From contig NZ_JABEZU010000001.1 in the NCBI RefSeq assembly GCF_013149785.1, positions 806,001-870,000 on the forward strand: a DNA stretch of 64,000 nucleotides, read 5' to 3'. Positions 62,392 to 64,000 of the stretch are shown here, piece after piece. The translations under genes were made by a program, and so were the position numbers. Position 1 is the stretch's first letter; each line of letters opens with the position of its first letter. The notes under the pieces are model-generated. The model worked only from the letters and a program-made list of their open reading frames with translations. It was not told where the DNA came from and did no database searches. Source of the stretch: Isoptericola halotolerans. Its GTDB lineage: Bacteria > Actinomycetota > Actinomycetes > Actinomycetales > Cellulomonadaceae.

Positions 62392-63324
62392 TCAGGATCT
62401 CAGCGCGCGCCGCACCGTCCCGGCGATCGAGCCGAGGTCGCGCGACGTGAACCTCAGCAGGTCCACCGCCCCGGTGCCGGTGAGGAGATTCTGCCGGCGG
62501 CGGTCGGCAAAGAGCGCCGTGGGTGAACCGTGGACGTCGAGACCGTCCATCTCCACGACGAGCCACCGACCGCCGGCGCGCCACCAGGCCATGTCGCCGC
62601 GCGCCACGACCCGGCCCGAGCCGTCGACCAGGGGCAGCTGGAGCATCGTCGGTGGCACACCGGCCTCGATGCACTCCCACCGGGCGAACGACTCCAGGGG
62701 CGACTCGGCCCGGGCGTCCGCCTCGCTCCACAGCACATGACGGCTCGCCACACCTCGGCGGCCACGGGCGTGCTCGTGCGACCGCAGCAGGGACGCCCGG
62801 GACACGGCCCCGGTCCGCAGTGCAGCGTCCAGCACGGCGAGGCCGTAGCGGTGCGGCAGCTCGGGCACCGACTGGGCGAGGGCCCACTCGACGCTCACCG
62901 CCCGGCAGCCGGGCATCTCGACGACCACCATGCCGTCGTCGAACTGGCGCAGGGAGACTCCTTCGCGGTTCCGTCGGTTCACCGCACCCGGCAGGGCAGC
63001 CTCGGCCGGGATGGTCCGGGGGAGCCCGGCGATCCCGTGCAGCGCGAGGGCGCAGCGGCCGACGGCGACCGCGTCCGGTCCGAAGGTGAGCATCGCGAGC
63101 CAGGCCGATCGCCGTCGTCGGGCATCGAGGTCCGACGCCGGTGGTGCCGCGTCGCGGACCTCGTAGACCTGGCGGGCCACACGGCGCCAGCGACATCGTG
63201 CCACCAGCCCGCGGACGTCCTTGTCGCTCAGCCCGAGCTCTCGGCACTGGTCGAGAGCGACCAGGCCCGACTGGTGCAGTGCCAGCCGGTGCAGCGCCGA
63301 GGGCGTCTCTGCTCGTGGATGCAT
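62392..63324 (-). CDS. AbiEi-N (wHTH) domain protein with C-terminal DUF559/Vsr-like PD-(D/E)xK nuclease fold
   Basis: QSGLV...LGLS...WRRVARQVY N-terminus; AESPLES, RGDMAW, VVEMDG..H, DRRRQN, LRFTSRDL. Confidence 0.75.
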   Translation of the reverse strand: MHPRAETPSALHRLALHQSGLVALDQCRELGLSDKDVRGLVARCRWRRVARQVYEVRDAAPPASDLDARRRRSAWLAMLTFGPDAVAVGRCALALHGIAGLPRTIPAEAALPGAVNRRNREGVSLRQFDDGMVVVEMPGCRAVSVEWALAQSVPELPHRYGLAVLDAALRTGAVSRASLLRSHEHARGRRGVASRHVLWSEADARAESPLESFARWECIEAGVPPTMLQLPLVDGSGRVVARGDMAWWRAGGRWLVVEMDGLDVHGSPTALFADRRRQNLLTGTGAVDLLRFTSRDLGSIAGTVRRALRS

Positions 63325-63426
63325 GGCCTGCATCCCAGCAGCCGGGCTCGGGGGGCGGGCACCGGTGTGGCGGTTCTGTGGACGGAGGTCCATGGTGGGC
63401 GGCCTCGTTCCGCCGGACCGTGTGCT

Positions 63427-63509
63427 CGCCGACCATACCCTACGGCCCGCCGACCATGCGATGGCGGCCCGTCCGCGGAGGCAGACGGGCCGCCATCGCA
63501 TGGTCGGCG
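63427..63509. repeat. Palindromic REP-like element, copy 3
   Basis: Perfect 26-bp arms (63448-63473 / 63484-63509) plus half-repeat 21 bp upstream. Confidence 0.85.
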
Positions 63510-63536
63510 CAGCAGGAGGAGAGAGAGGAGGAGGGG

Positions 63537-63998
63537 TCAGTCCTGGAGCTCGGGGATCACCTGCCGCTGGAACAGCTCGATCTGGTCGCGGTCCCGGGCG
63601 GCGTCGGCGAAGTACGTGATCGCGTAGGTCATGCCCAGCGACCTCATCTCCGTGAGCTTCTCGACGATCTGCTCCGGTGTCCCGACCATGAGCCCGTGGC
63701 GCCACAGCGAGCTCTCACGGTGTCCCTTGTCACCGGGCGCGTACCGGGCGAAGTGGTCGTCGATCCACGCGAGCTTGTCGTCGATCGCTGCCTGGTTCTC
63801 GCCGATCACCACGTTGTAGTTGGCCGAGCGGGTGATCTCGCCGAAGTCCCGCCCGACGTCGCGGCAGTGCTCCTCGAGGATCCTCGACCTGTGCGCGAAC
63901 TCCTCCGGGCTGCCCGAGAAGTTCGTGTACTGCGCGTGCTGCGCGGCGATGCGCAGGGTCTTCTTCTCGCCGCCGCCCGCGATCCACAGCGGGATGCT
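63537..63998 (-). CDS. Luciferase-like (LLM) oxidoreductase, possibly F420-dependent (5' truncated by window)
   Basis: Frame reads IPLWIAGGGEKKTLRIAAQHAQYTN...VGTPEQIVEKL...VIPEL. Confidence 0.8.
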   Translation of the reverse strand, partial: SIPLWIAGGGEKKTLRIAAQHAQYTNFSGSPEEFAHRSRILEEHCRDVGRDFGEITRSANYNVVIGENQAAIDDKLAWIDDHFARYAPGDKGHRESSLWRHGLMVGTPEQIVEKLTEMRSLGMTYAITYFADAARDRDQIELFQRQVIPELQD

Positions 63999-64000
63999 CG

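Noticed and set aside
62392..63324. Complete type IV AbiE toxin-antitoxin system
   Set aside because: No nucleotidyltransferase (AbiEii) partner is adjacent.
61711..63509. Palindromes as CRISPR repeats or IS terminal repeats
   Set aside because: Irregular spacing with whole genes between copies; no DDE/HUH transposase and no clear target-site duplication.

Overview
High-GC actinobacterial chromosome segment, probably Micrococcales (inferred from gene content, order and protein sequences). Most of it is the core translation/transcription supercluster: tRNA-Trp, secE-nusG-rplK-rplA, rplJ-rplL-rpoB-rpoC, str operon, S10-spc-alpha clusters (no rpsD), truA, rplM-rpsI, glmM, coaA, glmS, acpS. Three accessory blocks stand out. 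(1) A four-gene module between rplA and rplJ: ECF sigma factor, soluble putative anti-sigma, cytoplasmic S8 subtilase and TPR-CHAT caspase-like protease. It looks like a CRISPR-independent proteolytic sigma-activation switch. The S8 and CHAT frames are separated only by one in-frame TAG. (2) An orphan AbiEi-N/PD-(D/E)xK-like nuclease gene bracketed by about 60-bp palindromes with compensatory base changes, plus a third copy nearby, resembling a REP/REP-associated-enzyme system. (3) An OmpR-type two-component locus with recurring TCTCA(Y)-N5-TCTCA(Y) boxes upstream of an L,D-transpeptidase, a kinase, a Ser/Pro-rich secreted protein and its own operon. All calls come from reading the sequence and recognising motifs; no database searches were run.
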